NCBI GenBank assembly: GCA_963847225.1
Contig: CAWJYZ010000002.1
Coordinates: 269,007-333,006, forward strand
Reading direction: 5' to 3'
Origin: an uncultured bacterium
Lineage (GTDB): Bacteria > Chloroflexota > Dormibacteria > Aeolococcales > Aeolococcaceae
Length of the DNA stretch: 64,000 nucleotides
Part shown: positions 61,613-64,000 of the stretch, piece after piece
Layout: each line of letters begins with the position of its first letter
Position numbering within the stretch: position 1 is the stretch's first letter
Translations under genes and position numbers: made by a program
Notes under the pieces: model-generated
Told to the model about the DNA's origin: nothing
The model's input: only the letters and a program-made list of their open reading frames with translations
The model's database searches: none

Positions 61613-63558
61613 ATGCCGTACAGATTCGAGTTCAACCGCTCCGAGTGCCTCAACTGCGGCGTCTGCATGGACGTCTGCCCAGTTCAGGCACTCGACATGA
61701 CGCGGACCACGACCCCATCGATCGAATCCGGTATCCGAGCAACGGCGCTGCGCGAGCAGCCCTGGATGATGGAGTTCCCCATCCAGGCGAAAGAGTGCAT
61801 CGGATGCGAGCTCTGCTCGACCGAGTGTCCGACCGGCTGCATCGAGGTCAGGGCGGTCCCGGGCACGGTCGAGCTGGTGGCGCCGCAGGGACCCACGTAT
61901 CGCGACCCTGGGCCGGTCACAACCTGGGCGCCGCTGGCCCCATACACGATGGAGTCCCTGAAGGAGGTGCACTCCGACCCCTGGGGGAAGCTCGCCCACT
62001 GGCAGGCGGCTAAGCGCGAGGGTGCCTGGCAGGTGTGGCGCAGTTGGGGCGGCGATGGCGAAGGTTCTGGGACGAGTGCTCTCGTCGCGCCGTGCCAGGA
62101 GGCCTGCCCCGTCGGCACCAACGCCGGCTTGTATGTCGCCCTGGTTGGTGAGGGCCGCTATGCGGAAGCCTTCGCCGTGGCCGCCGAGTTCAATCCGTTC
62201 CCCTCGGTCTGCGGCCGTGTGTGCACCGCGCCTTGCGAGATCGCCTGCCGGCGCGCTGTTGTCGATGAGCCGATTGCGATCCGCGAGTTGAAGCGCTTTG
62301 CCGCTGATTACGGGGGGTCCGGCTACCCGGCGGCGCCGCCTCCGGAGCAGCGCAGGTCCGAACGAGTGGCGATCGTCGGGGCAGGTCCAGGCGGCCTCGG
62401 GGCCGCCTACCTTCTGGCGCGAGCCGGCTACTCGGTGACGATCTTCGAGGCGATGCCCGTTGCCGGCGGCATGATGGCGATCGGCATTCCCGAGTACCGC
62501 CTGCCGAAGCGCGTCCTCCAGGCCGAGATCGATCGGATTCTCGGGCTGGGGGTCGAGCTTCGCGTCAATTCGGCGTTGGGCCGGGACTTCACGCTGGACG
62601 GTCTGCGGCGCGACGGCTACGACGCGATCCTCATCGCAACGGGTGCTCCGATGAGCCAGCCCCTGCGGGTTGCGGGCGAGGAGTTGCACGGAGTCTGGCC
62701 GGCAACCGTCTTTCTCAAGCGCGTGAACCTCGGCGAGAAGGTCAAGTTGGGCGGTGACGCGCTGGTCGTGGGCGGCGGGTCCACAGCGATGGATGCCGCG
62801 CGCTCCGCCTGGCGGGCCGGGGCCGGCACAGTGCGGGTGCTCTACCGGCGCACCCGCGAGGATATGCCGGCGCAGGAAGAGGAGCTCCGGGCCGCAGAGC
62901 TCGAGGGGGTCCACATCGATGAGTTGCTCGCTCCATCGAGATCCTCGGCCGGCAGGGGCGGATGACGCACGTCCGGTGCCAGCGGATGGCTGTGACCGGG
63001 AGAGATGAGAACGGGCGCAGCACCATCATTCCCGTTCCAGGCAGTGCCTTTGACATTCCCGCACGGACGCTCCTGATTGCGATCGGCGAGGCGCCCGATC
63101 CGTCTATCCTACCCGAGGGCTCCAGCATCGAGGTCGCGCAGTGGGGCGGTCTGCTCACCGACTCCGAGACGCTGATGACGGCTCAGCCTGGCGTCTTCGC
63201 GGCAGGCGATGTGGCAACCGGACCCAAGAGCATCATCGAAGGTGTGGCCCAGGGGCAGCGCGTCGCGTGGGCGATCGACCGCTATCTGCGCGGGTTGCCC
63301 ATGGATCACTACACACCGCCTTGGCGATACCGGCCTGCGCGCTTCGCGACCGATAGGATGGTCATCGACCTCAGCAACCGCCAACGGGCGATCATCCCGC
63401 TGGCCACGCGGGACCAGGTCGAACGCGTGGACCTCTACCAAGAGGTGTCGATCGGCTTTGGCGAGCCAGACGCTCAGCGTGAGGCGCAGCGTTGCCTGCA
63501 CTGCGATGTCATCGCATCTTGCCAAGTGGTCAACGTGATAAGGGAGGTGACCGCATGA
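61613..63558 (+). pseudogene. GltD/PreT/SudA-like NAD(P)H-dependent Fe-S flavoprotein oxidoreductase with an N-terminal 2x[4Fe-4S] ferredoxin domain, split by a frameshift
   Basis: Motifs CLNCGVCMDVCP, CIGCELCSTECP, CQEACPVGTNAG..CGRVCTAPCEIAC, VAIVGAGPGGLGAAYLLA and GVFAAGD. Frame 2 ends at 62965. The family-conserved SIEILGRQGRMTHVRCQRM continues in frame 1 from about 62925. Confidence 0.55.
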
Positions 63559-64000
63559 CACCTGATCAGCTCAGCCAATCGATCATCAACGCATTTCAGA
63601 ACGGAGGTGAGGGCTTCCTCGAGGGGACCATGGCAGCGGCGCTTCCGCTCCTCTGGCTCCTTGCGCTGGCACTGCATCTCGCGCGCCCATACATGTTGCG
63701 CACTACTCAGAAGTTCTCACTGCGTTTGGGGGCCGACATTTGGTGGGTGCTATACATTGGGCTCCGAGACATCGTCATGGTCCTCGTGGCCGTCCTGAGC
63801 TTCATGTATCTGTACCCGGACGTGGTCGTCAACGATGCGCTACCGATCAGCGGCTCGCTCGCCACAGTTGCCATCTTTGCCGCCCTCCTAGTGAAGCTGG
63901 TGGCAGACACCGACGACGATCCCCGCGCATTCAAACTCCTGTCCACACTTCTGGGTGCCGGCAGCGCGCTCTACATCGTTCCCACGGTGGTAGGAGTGCA
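63555..64000 (+). CDS. Integral membrane protein paralog A, copy 2 (3' end runs off the window), with a 25-aa N-terminal extension
   Basis: ATG at 63555 after a GGAGGTGA, giving an ATGA overlap with the upstream stop. From 63559 the DNA is near-identical to 49161 onward. Confidence 0.5.
   Translation, partial: MTPDQLSQSIINAFQNGGEGFLEGTMAAALPLLWLLALALHLARPYMLRTTQKFSLRLGADIWWVLYIGLRDIVMVLVAVLSFMYLYPDVVVNDALPISGSLATVAIFAALLVKLVADTDDDPRAFKLLSTLLGAGSALYIVPTVVGV

Noticed and set aside
60725-62914. 729-aa minus ORF read as one large regulator
   Set aside because: Only the C-terminal 252 aa (REC plus LuxR) are real. The upstream 477 aa are antisense to the GltD-like gene.

Overview
This is a 64 kb high-GC (about 70%) window with actinobacterial-style gene organisation: GGAGG ribosome-binding sites, many overlapping stop/start codons, and frequent GTG/TTG starts. 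The ORF track treats alternative start codons as M, so several real starts lie downstream of the listed ORF starts; I give my preferred start for each gene.

Positions 1-46.3 kb are ordinary chromosome. They hold a partial hipA toxin gene, a PEP-utilising phosphotransferase of the rifampicin-phosphotransferase type, an APH(3')-like kinase, small stress-type proteins, and a very large ATPase-TPR regulator that carries a C-terminal SARP DNA-binding module. Further along are a MarR-controlled ABC-2 exporter and a four-gene minus-strand operon of citrate synthase, a DapA-family aldolase, PaaI thioesterase and PaaK ligase. Next come treT, an ACT-domain malic enzyme, a MerR/permease pair, hutH-hutU-hutI, a DedA-family membrane protein and glgX. 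After malQ come an orphan Flp pilin and a glucokinase. The stretch ends with a tightly coupled ispE - HExxH-membrane-protein - zwf - glucokinase operon, then rpsT and holA.

From 46.3 kb to the window end the sequence is a mosaic anchored on a tRNA-Ala(GGC) gene. The tRNA is followed by repeats of its 3' half plus about 85-90 bp of conserved flanking sequence (four sites in all). These repeats delimit duplicated cargo segments that carry VapBC toxin-antitoxin pairs, a Cys-rich ferritin-like protein, paralogous membrane proteins and gene remnants. One duplicate is visibly decaying: it has frameshifts, and it carries an IS1380-family insertion that itself contains a group II intron nested antisense in its left end. 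A second IS (IS4/IS1634-like, frameshifted transposase) sits beside a LuxR-type response regulator and a frameshifted GltD-like Fe-S flavoprotein gene. No integrase is present in the window. The array therefore looks like tandem integrase-less (cis-mobilisable or decayed) islets at tRNA-Ala, or an att-mediated segmental amplification.
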